Shown here one piece after another: positions 51,276 to 64,000 of a DNA stretch of 64,000 bases. Where the stretch lies: positions 39,620,001-39,684,000 of the forward strand of contig NC_087437.1 of NCBI RefSeq assembly GCF_036321535.1. The letters are read 5' to 3'. Every line of letters starts with the position of its first letter. Positions within the stretch are counted from its first letter, which is position 1. This DNA is from Camelus dromedarius. Taxonomy: Eukaryota. The notes below the pieces were generated by a model. That model searched no databases. It saw only the letters and a list, made by a program, of their open reading frames with translations, and had not been told where the DNA came from. A program made the position numbers and the translations under genes.

Positions 51276-54200
51276 TGAGGAAGAAGGGAGGAGAGAAGGA
51301 AAAGAAGAATGAATAAAGGAAAAAGGAAGGAAGAAAGGAAGGAAAGGAGAGAGGGATGGAAGGAAGGAGGGAGGAAGGAATTTAATTTGATTCTAGTCTC
51401 AGCACCACCATAAACCAGTGGGTAATCTTGGTCATACATTTTGGTTTGTTAATTTGTAAAGCTATGATATCATATTAAATTTCTTCTAGAATCCTTTCCA
51501 TCTTACAGTGGGATTCGAAAAGAAATCCAGCATTTATGCATTGTTCAGATTCCTGGATAGAATAACTACATAACTATATTCTGTGGCTTCTCCAAATTTT
51601 TAAGCCTAAATAAAACAAAATTACCTGCTGAACTCTTCTGCTCAAAAGATGATTATGCCAGAAGTGTGGATGAGTTTACAAAGACTAGCTAAGTGACCTT
51701 GGCCAAATGACATAGCTTTCCTCTGATTCAGTTCAACCTACCTAGGGGAAAAAAATGGCGACTGAGGATTAAATGAGAGGGGTAAGCAGCAGAAATGACT
51801 TATGAGCTGCAGTTGGCTTTACATAACTTAGTCATCAGATGTTATTTGTAGATGGCCGGCTTTTAGGTTGGAGTTTCATTTACAGAATAGCTACCTTGAT
51901 TTAAGAAAAGTCACCACTTGACACATTAGTCACTGCTAGTGCAGTTACGATCAATATTCAGTGTATAGTTATGTGAACAATTTAATAAAAACGTAGAGAT
52001 TTAAACTTATTCCCAAGCAATAGGAAGGTAATTTATTTACTGTTAGGTATGAAAAGTCTGACTGTACAATGCCTTTCATGGGAACCCAGCACACATCACG
52101 GTGCTTGTCATAGTCCTCAATAGGGACCATTGCCTGGAAAATTGTGGTAGAAGTTTCCAATTCAAGAGGGTGCCTTCTCACCCATCAAAGAAGTTACAGA
52201 TTTTAAGAGTCTCTTCCTGGCTATGATCAACCTCTCGCCTTACTGACAGAGTTTCAATTTAACCAAACCTTACGGAAACAAATGACCGCTATACCATACC
52301 GTTTCTCATTCTTTACCAAGGAGTTAAGTTTCACTTAGCAGAACATTCATCAATGAGTAAGAAAATGTACACAAATACAAATAAAAATGGAAAAGCCGAC
52401 ACCTTACAGTTTTTTTGCCTTATGTAAGCTAAATTTTCTTCCATTGGAAACAGAACTACTTGTGCAGGTGGTTGCTAAGTGCTACCAGCTGCTCTGTGGC
52501 AATATAGGTTTTGAAACAGAACCCTGAAAAGAAGGATGGAGAGGGGCAAAATAAAGAAATGGGTGTGGAATTAGACTCTATATTGAACGAATTCCCTGGG
52601 TAATACAGGAGAGGGGGAGAGCAACTTCAGTCGTAAACAGTAAGCAGAATTTCCATTCAGCTGGCTTGCAATAAATTTATTTTTCCAAGAAAATGAAATG
52701 GAACAAGAGAACAGACATACCTGCTTTATGTTAAAGAAAAGCATGTATGAACCTAATACAGGAAGAAGTTGTTTAAGACTGTACATCCTTGAGAAAATAT
52801 TACCTCCATAATAGTGCCAGGCTGTCTGTTAACTTGGGTTATCAGCTACATAAATTAGACGCACGCTGGGGCCATCTAACCCAGAGAGCCGTCTGCAGTG
52901 CTCATATAATGTGTACTTTGCTCCATCATTTGCTTCCTTTTGTCCTCCTTTCCACTTGCAAAGTTATTTTTTAAAGGCCGTTGCACAAATACCATCTTAA
53001 CTATCTTATTATTCATATTGTACCAACAGAAAAAAAATTGAGGAGACAATAATGATCCATTTAGACTCGAGTAATCAGCAAGACTGAAACAAGAACTGGG
53101 AAAGAGTCACATATTCAGTCTTAAGGAGCATGGTTCTCTCTTGATACCAGAAAACCTCTTTCCTTTAAGCAAGTTCTTTCTTTTTTTCCTCTAAAAAAAT
53201 ATATATTTATAAACTTACGGAGGAAGATTCAAAGAATCAGAGTCTCTTTTCCTCTAAAAGCACAAATGTCCCATGTGAATCAAACCAATTTCATTATTCA
53301 CCAATCTGTGAATGAAATGCCCCCTCCCCCACACACGGGAACTCTGCCTTGAGGGGCAGGGGAGCTGATCTCTGGCTCCGGGCCCCTTATTCCCCCTTGG
53401 TGATCAGGTCCTCAAGGTAGGCACCCAGCTTGTTGTCTGTGTGAATGCGCATGTCCATGGATCTGGCTGGGATGAAACCCGGGCAGCCGCACTACCTCCA
53501 GCCCTCCTGGTTGGGATGCTGTGCAGCCTTTAAGCAAGTTCTTAACAGTGCCAAGAATATAACTATTAATATACTTGATGTCAGCTCGCCACCTGATTCA
53601 GAAAGCAAGAAACAGGATGAAATGGGGAAAGGAGAGGGGAGACAAAAATAAAAGAAAGAAAAGTAGAGGGGATAAAGACAGTAAACGGAAGAAAGAATGA
53701 GAGAAATGAAGTGATAATAAGAAGTTGTGGACCTCGAAAGAGAAGAAGTAGAGACATAAAGAAGAAAACGAGGTCAACTTGACATACACAGACTCAACTT
53801 CTGCAGAGCTTTTTACTTTGCTGAGTAATCTGGGGGTCACTGGACAGCTCTGTCCTGATACAGAAAAATAACCACCAGGTACAACCGGTAGGAGGGGTGC
53901 CTGTTCTTCTGGACACAGGATCGTGGTACCATTGTTTGCCGAGTCTGCCAGCGTTCCTCTGCATCCTGCTCACTGTGAACTCAGTGTCCTACCTGAGAGG
54001 AGCCACCCAATCCCATTTACCAACTTCAAATTCTAATTCACAATGGCATGTAATATCCCCACATGTGGGTTTTTAGGTCATCAACGAGGCTGAATGAAAC
54101 CATTCTCTCACTAAGTACAGGACTTAAGAACCCAACTGCTGCAAGTGGAAACATCAGTCACAGGCTCTCAAAACATTATGTTGCAAAGGCTGTGATGAAG

Positions 54201-55849
54201 TTGAGGCACAGCCCATATTTCCTGAAGTAATGACACTTCATCTTAAAGGCCCACTCAGTTGTGTCACATTTGTATTTGCATCCTATAATGCGAATGTATT
54301 AGCTCCAAATTGTTTGGTAATAAATCATCATCAAAGAAATATGTTTATTTTTATTTTTAGTATTCATGACTTGTACGATCCTAGAACAACATATATTTAG
54401 TACTGCAGAGCAATGAATCCATAACTTTGAGAGAAATGGCTTTATAGATCATTAAGACCTATGTTGCTTTAACAGTTAATCACATTTTCACTAATAATAT
54501 GACATAAGTCCTTTACCTAAAGAGTGAAAAATGAATGACTCTTTTGCTTGCACTAAAAAGTCCTCTACTTGACCTTTACCAAGGGCAGAGGGAAATCCAG
54601 TATAATCACTGAAAGCTTTCCCTACAGCGCTATCAATACTTTCATTCAGCCAACAGACTTAGCCTTCAGTTAAGGTTCCTTGAGTCCCCAAACTGCAGAA
54701 GGGAAAAATCCTTCGGGACTCTGCTGTGACTTTGGACCTGGGGTCACGCGGTGACGTCTCAACGAGCTCTGAATCTTCTGGAGAATACCTCAGATAGCTG
54801 GCCCAACAAAGACAAATATTATGGCAACGAAAAATAAATCTGCCATTTTTAACCTTTTCAGGGAAAGTAATTCACTTATTGGCTTTAGTTAAAACGTCTT
54901 ACCTTTCTTCCCCTTTTTGTTGTATCTGTGAGTAATTTCTCCAGTCACATTGTTTATAGGAAGTGAAGTTATTCGTAATCACGCCTTAAGAGTATGTACA
55001 CAAACTGGACATCCTAAAAGACCACTATGTATTAAATTCCTGATTGTTTGACATAAATTCTCTCTCTCTCTTTCACTCCGACAGGAATCTTCTCATTTAT
55101 TTACGAATAGGTTAAGACCTTCGCCTTGTTTCTAACTATGTTCCTAAGTGCTAACATATATTAAGTAAATTTAGAGCCTCTTCTGCATAGGAAACAAATT
55201 AAATTGGTTAAACATGGAGAAAGACTAAATGTAATCCATCTCTTGTCATGTTTATGATATCTGAACTCATCTTATATGAATGTTCCAATTTGGCTGTTGT
55301 AGCAGATGGGCTGCTTATGATAAACCATAACTACAGACACAGAATGTGATAATATAAATCATAAAGAAGATAAATAATGAAATTCTTTTAAAATAACTCT
55401 GGTTAAATATTTAGACAGTCAATTTTTAAGCTTACCCGCACACAAAAATAGTATTCACATATCTAGGCAAGGAAAGAATGGGGCTCAACCATAATATAAA
55501 TATAATCTAAATTTAAACATTCAAGACTCAAGGTATTTTAAAAATCTGGGTAACGTTTTCGAGTAGCAAACAATAAAGTAGGAGGCCTTTTCCAGAGGTA
55601 CTCAAAACAAAAGAGGGCACTTACAAATATCTCTTTATATAGACAGCCCCCAATTCTGAGTCCCATTTTATAATTCCAGAATTGAGGAAAGCCTCCTAAA
55701 TTATGATTGATTTCTCATGATAGAGGAATCTCAATCTCCCTCTTGATGGACAAGTTAGAGTCTACGATCTTGTGGTCAATTTGCATCACTTTGGGACCTC
55801 AGTAGTGCTTAGAGCCTGCAACACATTTTCACATGAGTCTGATTATCTC

Positions 55850-55965
55850 AAAAACCTGAACATAGGGCAGCAATTGTACAGACGAAGAAAATACAGGTCA
55901 GAGAAGTGATCTGTCCAAGGTCACATGTTAATATATGATGAAGCCAAGATTTGACAGAGGTTTTT
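55850..55965 (-). mobile_element. MIR fragment
   Basis: tacagacgaagaaaatacaggtcagagaagtgatctgtccaaggtcaca...agccaagatttga. Confidence 0.7.
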
Positions 55966-56479
55966 GTTCCTAAACAGGTGCCAGTTCTCTTAATCATGGT
56001 ACCTCAGCCAATGTAGAAAGAAAGGTAAAGGCTTTAATTCAGGGACACCTGGAGTAGATTTTATGATCTTTCTAAGCAGCCCAGGTCCTCAGCTCATGGC
56101 TTGAAGATGGACAGTGAGTGATAAAGAGGCAAAACCAGTACAAATGACAAGCCTGGTAATTGGGAAGAAGGTGCTGGAGCCAATTATGTTGTGTATCAAC
56201 AGAAATCCACCTTCCTCGGGAGCCAAGTCTGCTCTCAGACTTGCAGCATGTGTGAAAGTGGCTGATTTGACAAATAAGAAGTCTGTAATTTGGTGCACTG
56301 TTTCAGCCACTAAACAGGAGGACTATTCACATCTGGAGGGCTAACTCCTTGCCCACCTCTACTGCAGATTCCTGGTAGGTAGCTGTGCTGCATCTGAAGT
56401 TGCATTTAAGAGAGTTCTTAAAATATTTTTCTACAAAATGGCATTGTTCCTCTCCCCTCTTTTTTCTTGCTTTCTCTTG

Positions 56480-56710
56480 TTCCTTATTAGTTATTGAGCC
56501 CCCATTACATGCCAGGCTATGTGGCCATGAACAAGGCAGCCATAGACCAGGGCTTCATGGAGTGTCCAGTATGCTGGTGGATGCAGACACATAAGGGAGC
56601 ACTGTCAAGTCTGAGGGAGCACAGAAGAGCACCTGCCTCTACCAGGGGTGGGGGTGGAAGGCAAAGTGCATCTGTAAGATTTCCCAGATAAAGGCAGGTC
56701 TAAATCAAAA
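56480..56710 (-). mobile_element. L2 3'-end fragment (antisense)
   Basis: ttattgagcccccattacatgccaggc...atgaacaaggcag...cttcatggag. Confidence 0.6.
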
Positions 56711-57651
56711 CCTAAAAGAAAGTAAGATTGACCCGATAAAATGGAGGAGGGCAGAGTTCTGTCTTAGAGGCTGGAGATGAGATGAAGAGTAACATATTGA
56801 GGTGGTTTTGTTTTGGGTGGTGGGAGAAGGTAGGGAGACAGTGAAAGGGGGCAGAGAGAGATAGGGTGAAAAGAGAAAGAAAAAATATCTTTGTCACATT
56901 GTGAAAAATAGAGAAGATGAGCAAAAGTATCAAAATCTGTTTGTTGGGGTTTTTTTAAACTGTAAAGACATCGCATTGCTTAGAAAAATTGGGGAAAAAA
57001 TGCAGGTATGTTGCGGTTAAAGACTAGGGTGGTTAGAATAAGTCTGCAAGTGACATTTCAATGGTATCAAATAGTTGTCATCTTTGCTGATTCCGTCTGG
57101 CCTTAAAATAGAAAGGTTTACTTACTAGATTGTTTAGACACTAAGTAAACCTAACGATGCAAAACTCTAGGCACGCACTTTGAGATAACAGCCAAGGATT
57201 CGTTGTAGGTCTGGAATGAAGACTCAACTTTTTCACTGAGAACCCATGTTTTAATGTTTGTTTGTTTGTTTCCAATTCAAGATATTTTTCTAGAAATATT
57301 GTATTAGAATAACAGAGCCCACACCTCTTGATTATAATCTTGTAAAACATGTTTCACAATTCAAGGTAGTGTGTAGAATATATCAGACATGACACTATTC
57401 AGATATAAATACCCATATTTTAAAGGAATATATAATATGTATATTCCTATTTATATGTTTCTATATATATTTTTATCTATTATATATAATTTTTCCTCTC
57501 TGAATTTTCTTAGCATTTTCCAAAATTTCAATTAATTTTAATCAAAAAAATTTTACCCATACTCTCATGCCTTCCATGTGATAAGAATTATGACCAATTT
57601 GCTCTGTTCTATTATCCTGTAATTAACCCAGTTGAAACTGTTATAAAAGAA

Positions 57652-57803
57652 GGGGGAGGGTATAACTCAGTGGTAGAGTGCATGCTTAGCATGCACAAGG
57701 TCCCAGGTTTGATCCCCAGTACTTCCATGAAAAAAATTAATTTAAAAAGAAAAAAAGCTAATTGCTTTCCTCCTCCCAAATTTTTTTTTAAAAATAAAAA
57801 AAA
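57652..57803 (+). mobile_element. tRNA-derived SINE of camelid type (Vic-1-like) with target-site duplication
   Basis: Head ggggagggtataactcagtggtagagtgcatgcttagcatgcacaaggtcccaggtttgatccccagtacttcca carries A and B boxes and is followed by an A-rich tail. The TSD gaaa(c/a)tgttataaaagaa lies at 57634-57651 and 57804-57821. Confidence 0.88.
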
Positions 57804-59944
57804 GAAAATGTTATAAAAGAATGTGGATACTGTTGTAAAAGAACATGCAAAAAGTATGCATGGACATTCCTTTTAATTTTTAAATTGTCAGCTGCCAAAC
57901 CAGTGTCTTGCCATATTCGCTTTGGATCATGTAGGATCAACTAAGAAAGTGTAAACGGGTCCAGCTCGCCAAATGATTGATGTCCAATGAATAACCAAAT
58001 TGTCTACCCCGTTGGGAGTACTTTCACAGATAGTGTGAGTATCAATATTGCAATTGCAGTGCATTTCACCAAACCTGCTGAAAAACCCATCCTGATTACT
58101 ATTACCTATACTCTAACTACTAATTACTCTAATTTGGAAAATGGCATATGCATTCATCCAAGATATGAAAGTGATATCTTGTTTACTCACTTTAATCATT
58201 GGAGTCTGTGGGATATTGGAGCTCAAGGATATGCAAACAGGGACAATCAGTGGCTCAACAGCAACCTGGAAATTGCTCTATTTCTTTCATCATTTTATCA
58301 GTGACTCAGATGAAGTGAGGAGGGGATGCTAAAGTGATGGAAACCAAAGAAAGGGAGTAGGCCTGGGGTAAAAGAAGAAAACTATGAAATAACAGCATCT
58401 AGATATTAAATTATCTCCCCAGGTCAGAGCTATAGGTCTAAATTAACTTTTAAAATTTAATCCTGAACTTACATCTAAAAAAGTAATTGCCCAAATCCTG
58501 AGGGGAGAAAGAACTGACAATCATAGTTCATATGACACAGAGATAAGGATTTTGTTTCACTGCAAATTCTATAGCTCAGACTGTGATATGATGACCCATA
58601 AAGCTACTACTGTCTGAGAGTCTTTAGAAATACAGTGCACGTGACAAGAGAAAAAATAGTTCCCTATTCTGCATTTGCTGGACAGCGCTGGCATTGTCAA
58701 TGTCATCAGACGGGCAGAGTGGATAAACTAAGGACTGAAGAGTTCAGTTCTCTGTGTCTTTGGACTAACTCTCTCTGTTCTTTGGATTTTCCTCTAAAGC
58801 TAAAATCAGTTTTCATGTCCTAAAACATTTTATAGAATGAAGAACTGTCAGTCTAAAAAATGTTTACAAACACAAAAGAGGTCTTTGATATTATTATACA
58901 AAAAAAAGTATGAAAAGGGAAAACAAATGAAATCAAGATCTTTCAATATTTTTATAGAAAAATACTAAATTAAAAAAATATTTAATATCACTTTTAAGGA
59001 TAACAGGGTGGAGAAGCTAAGGCCTATTCTGAATTTTTGGAATATTAATCATTCATTGCAAAAAGATTTTACAAATCTAAACTCATTGTTATAGTTTAGA
59101 CACAAAGAACTAATCCGCATTTATGTTTAAGTATAACTAAAGAGAAACCAATATCAAATGAAACTGATCTAATCCAATGGCAATCTTTTCATTAAATTTA
59201 TTTCCTTTTTTGTATTTCACTTTGCACTCTGAAAATACACAACAAAGGTAACAAAACTTTTCCCCCAAATACTAATATAGTATCGGTAAATGACTAAAAC
59301 ACTGTTATGTAAAATCAAACATGAACCAAAATTGTATGTTTACTTATATGTACTTTCCAATCGTGGTGAGAATGCAGATTTAAAATCAATAAATATTTCA
59401 AGATGAATAAACATGATCTGGGAAATAAGTGAAGTTTTCTGATAAATAACCGAAAAATTATCTTCTCTACTATACAAAAACCAAATCCTCCAAAATGCCT
59501 CTTTATAAACATCTCACTAAATAATAACAATAGCATGGCATGTATGCATATATTTTTTTCATCTGAACAACATGCCTCTGGAGTCCTAAGGCCAGTCTTC
59601 TGGGAAGCTGTATTCGTTTGTGTATTTCTCATATTGACACTATGAAGAGACTATATGCAATTTGGGTGTTACTCCTAAAATTGCCAGAAGTCTTGTGCTT
59701 CTCTGTGCCTGGAACATTCTACTCCTAGTTGCAGTCATTCAACCTCCGAAGTAAATACAGCATCGGCTCACATAATAGCAGGCTGAAATTGCTCAAGTGG
59801 CTTTGATCATGACAAACTTACATGATTGCACTTCGATTCTGGGTGCAAATACCGGGCCATTATTCAAGAGGGCAAACAGGCAGTTAGCCATGACCCAAAA
59901 AAGACCACAGTCCACAAAAGAGATAGAAGGGTGTGGCAGGAGCG

Positions 59945-60130
59945 ACTGGATTTGAACCCATGTCCCAGCTCAGCCAGGTACAGATGTATCATTCTAGCAA
60001 GTTATGAAATTTCTTGCAACCTCAATTTCCACATCTATTTAATAGAAATCCTTACAGCTCCCCTGTTTGCATAAACTGTCTGTGAGCATCAAATCAAATA
60101 ATGCATGGGAAATTATTTGTGTAAATAAAC
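59945..60130 (+). mobile_element. MIR SINE
   Basis: ctggatttgaaccc...gcaagttat...cctcaatttccacatct...tgtgagcatcaaatcaaataatgcatg. Confidence 0.75.
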
Positions 60131-62917
60131 TTTCCAAAATGAATATTGCAATTTCGGTTAATCCCTGTTCATATCTCTGCACTGCCACTGTTCCATTGTA
60201 ATTAAACAAGACTCTGCGTATCCCGAGTGAAAATGAGCCCACTGTCCGGGCAGACCTGGTCAGCTCTGCCTCTCCTTGCAGGGTGAGTGGCCATCACATG
60301 TAGAATCCAGATCTGACCACTGCACATCCTAGAATATGGCTGAAAACAAAAACCTGAAGTATAAGCTGTGTTTGTTCTTTAGTCTATTCTTAGAATTAAC
60401 TGACTTTACAGAAGCATAAGAAATGGCTGCCAATTTTATAAGGAAAAAAGGTACATGCACCAAAAGGGTACAGCTATGTGATAGATAGTTTTTGACTAAG
60501 CCCACAATCATTTCTCGTCAGGCTGTAAAATAACTTTTATTAATGCCAATTAATTCCTTGCACAGCCCTGTGTCACTTTATAACCCTCTGCTTAACAGAA
60601 ATCAATTGCCTGAGTTCAGCTGAGAAATAACCATCATAATAGATGTTTTCACTCTTGCCGTTACTTTTCTCTGATAGCCCTTAAGGTGGTCAGAGGTAAA
60701 AGCTAAAGATGCATTGTAGCCTGAGGGATGATTGAATGAAAAAAAATGGGGGATGGGAGCAGAACCTACTGGAATAGCCCAATTTCCCACCACTGCGAGC
60801 CAGAGCGATTGATTGATGAATCCTCGCTCTGTCAAGAGGCAGCCTTCAGATTTGATCACATAAATACTCATTCAACTCAAATTCTGCTTGACAAGCCTCA
60901 GACAGCTTTGTTCTGTCACAGATATCATTGGAAGGAAAATGCTCCATTAATCATCCTTAATTAACTTTACCATAGTCTGCTGAAACCAATATGCTCTCTG
61001 GCTAAACCTTGTATGTAGCCGAGATTCTATAGTTATCAAATCGAAGAGGGTATTTCAAGTTCCTTCTCTCCTATTGCTATAACTAACGACAGGGACTCAG
61101 CATGAGTAGAGCTCACAGGAAGCTATGCCCATTGATTATCTGAGATAGCTTATCAGTGGGTACATTCTTCGCTAAAGGAAACATAATTTTAAATATGACT
61201 GACCTACATGAGATGGCATTTTATAACTACGTCTCACTTGATGCTCATAAGCTGTGTTTCCTTCCCAATTCTCAGTTATCATATGTCCTGAGATACCATT
61301 TTCTAAGTAAGAGGAAAGAAAAACTAAAAAATAACAGCAAAAACAAAAAAGCCTTAGTCTGAAAACCAGTTTATAGAGACACAAAATGGTTTGTGATAAA
61401 TACATAAACACACACACACACCCCCCTCATTCAAGAATGCTTCAAATTTTCAGCAAGCTTTAATATGAACATGGTCTTATTGTGATTTTTGCTTAGTACA
61501 CGTATTAATCTTTTTTCTCGTTTTGGAATTACTTACTGGGAAGTTTTGATAGCAAGGATCATGCTTCAGTGGTAATGAGAGCGAAAACCAAAAATGAGAC
61601 GCATTCACACTTCAAGTAAAAATAAAGTGCTATGTGTGACCTATCATATAATACATGAGTAGAGGTGCCATTGTGTCCCAGTCCCCTCCAGACGGTGTCT
61701 GCTCGGCCCAAGGTTTCAGAGGTTTCAGGACAGACTCCCTGCCGCTTTGGACTGTAGTCATGTTTCATCGAGTCCAGGCTATCCCAATCAGAATGTTAGT
61801 GACCATTGCAGATCATGTGCATTTAAAGCCAGATAATCCACATTAGAGTCACAAGAAGCTGAAATTTGCATCATAACATTCTCTATTCTTATAGGTGCTT
61901 CTGAGAATTACCTGCCGAAAGGCAAATGGACTTTCAGAGTGATGAGCGTGTGCATGCTCGTTTTATGTGTTCAAACTAAGAAGCAGCCAGTTTAGGTTTC
62001 TGAAGTGATGAGCTCAATAGAGACTAAAGGTTAAAGAGTTTTGAGAATGACCGTCCCTTTATAAGAGCCCTGGCTTGGCTCTGTGCCAGAGCAGACGTTA
62101 TATTTTGCACCCCCGACCCTAGTCCAAGGAGCGGTAACAACGTAAAATTGGGACATGTATTTGATTTATCGTTGATCCTTCTCTGACATTTCTCATGAGC
62201 TATAGTTTTCTAATTGGAGGCAGAGTAAAAAGTCCGTGGTAAAGCACATCTCTACCGATGGCAGATTTGTTAAAACAAATACCAAATCATGTCCCCTTTG
62301 TGCAAAATGATGTAAAGGGCATGTTTTCATGGACATCTTAAAGCATAGATTCTACTCACTGACATTAAACTGGATTTTAAAAATATATGTGTGTGAATGC
62401 TAAAGCAAACCAAACGTGATTTAAAAACTATGTAAACTACCTATGCCTCTCAGGACAATAAAAGATGACGTCAGGTTGGTGGGACCGACTCATAACAATG
62501 GACGTCTTCTTTATTAGAAAAGTTTACGTGTTTCGTATTTACTTATTACAAAGTAGGATTTTGCCTTGGGGGAAAATGCAAATCTTAAATCAAACCCTCA
62601 TATCAAACTCTCATTTCACTTTGCTCTCCCCTTGACTGGTGCAGGGGAGGGCGGTGGGGAGGTCAGACATAAAAACAGGTGGATGAAATCCTCCTTGTTC
62701 CAACATTTTTTTTTTAAATTCTGGTTACTATTGCTGTAAATTAGTCTTTACTTCTCTTTTGTTAACTTACTTCATCCACGGCGGAGGTGTGACAGTGCCA
62801 TGGCAAAGTAGTTCCCTTCCCCTCATTCCATTCTGAGCATCTCTTTATCTCATTTCTTCCCTTCCTTCACATGGACTTGTTTTCCTTTGCAGACTTTACC
62901 CACTGTTTTTTGTTGTT

Positions 62918-62966
62918 GTTTTGTTTTGTTTTGTTTTGTTTTGTTTTGTTTTGTTTTGTTTTGTTT
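62918..62966. repeat. (TTTTG)n pentanucleotide repeat
   Basis: About 10 consecutive copies. Confidence 0.95.
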
Positions 62967-64000
62967 TTGGCTCTTGCCAGTAGAAATCTACTTCCTGGCC
63001 ACTCTTCCTTCTGACCTTTTCAGGTTCAAGTGCCTTTTTGCCAATTACTGCACTGGGAGGTGGGGACAGAACACCACACATAATAGGCCTGGGCAGTTGA
63101 GGAGGTAGGCGCTGAACACTGAATCCCAATAAAATTTGATAAAAGATATGGTAGAAGCTTAGTGTGCTATGGTCACAAATAATTGGGACATAATTTAGCC
63201 TGTGAAGAGCAGTCAGGAAAGTTTTTCCAGTGAAGTAACAATTAAATGAAACCCAGTGGACAAATAAGAATCTTCTGAAAGAGGGAACAAGGGTTGGCCT
63301 GTATGAAGGCCCAGATGAGGCTCGTTTATTCACTCATTCACTAAATACTTACTGACAGTCTCCTACGTGCCAGTCTCACAGGTGTCTCTTATGTCATCTG
63401 TACTGGTCTTCCATTTGTCGACGTAAAACTCTGATATTTGGGAAAACATAGAGTGCACTTTTTGAACCCCCCAGATATACCTGAACTAGAAATTAATGTT
63501 GGAAACAATAGAGGATGAGATGAAAACGACATTATGGGTTACTGTTTGTTTAGAGCCTGCTTTGGGAAAACTTCTACTGCTTCCCTTCTGTCTCCACCCC
63601 AGCAGTAGTTGAGCAAATTCTCGATGATAGGGGCCCCTTGTTCACGCTGCAGTGGTGACTGGTGGAGAAGGAAAAATGACGGGAAGAAACGGAGAAAGAA
63701 AATACATCTTTCTTCCTTCTGGAAGCAAAGCATTGTGATGCATTTCAGAAATTCCTCCCTAAAACACTATATATTTGACAAACACAACAACATAACTGCA
63801 TCCATTTCTGGGTCTTATTAAAACCTGGAAGGGGAACGATCAATGATCTTCTCCTAATACCCAAGGGGAGAACCTTGCCAAACTGTGCTAAAGAGATTTG
63901 ATCAGTGGTTATTTCATAAAACATACTCTCAATATATACATGTTTTCAAAAGTTAGCTTGGTGAGCTGTGAAAAATGTAGGCCCTAAATATCCAAGGGAA

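Larger units (their letters stand above)
1..64000 (-). other. MECOM: Part of the MECOM (MDS1 and EVI1 complex) transcription unit: two coding exons, the EVI1 promoter region and part of the long MDS1-EVI1 intron
   Basis: Two spliced minus-strand exons translate in frame to recognisable MECOM/PRDM3 PR-domain and EVI1 N-terminal sequence. The upstream MDS1 exons and downstream zinc-finger exons are not in the window. Confidence 0.95.

Noticed and set aside
57652..57727. Possible tRNA gene
   Set aside because: Degenerate T-loop and acceptor stem, A-rich tail and flanking TSD indicate a SINE.
58995..59012. Resemblance to the I-SceI site (TAAGGATAACAGGGTGGA, 14 of 18 positions)
   Set aside because: No vector context; most likely a chance match.
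62887..63333. ORFs with KTKQN / FVLFC repeats
   Set aside because: Translations of the (TTTTG)n repeat.

Overview
Mammalian genomic DNA, probably camelid (a Vic-1-like tRNA-derived SINE is present), lying entirely inside the MECOM (MDS1-EVI1/PRDM3) locus, which runs on the minus strand. Two coding exons are visible. The exon at 12532-12666 encodes ILDEFCNVKFCIDASQPDVGSWLKYIRFAGCYDQHNLVACQINDQ. The exon at 487-589 encodes IFYRVVADIAPGEELLLF-MKSEDYPHETMAPDIH and contains the EVI1 start codon. Together they encode the C-terminal part of the PR domain in MDS1-EVI1, and they serve mostly as 5'UTR in EVI1. The internal EVI1 promoter (about 14.8-16.8 kb) is a CpG island with several alternative non-coding first exons, a DR5 retinoic-acid element and a (GT)32 tract. 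A 63-nt cassette exon lies at 13859-13921. A second CpG island at about 18.3 kb carries a full CTCF site. The stretch from about 19 to 64 kb belongs to the giant MDS1-EVI1 intron and contains ancient repeats (MIR, L2, MLT1, MER3, MER5A, Tigger2), two L1 3' ends in the window overall, microsatellites and candidate enhancers. I found no new protein-coding system. The most interesting signals are regulatory: a GTG where human has an isoform start ATG, a uORF-dense dual-use exon, a weak/strong ATG pair, the RARE, the CTCF site and Pbx-Hox/Meis modules. Comparisons with human MECOM are from memory and need confirmation by alignment. Repeat boundaries are approximate.
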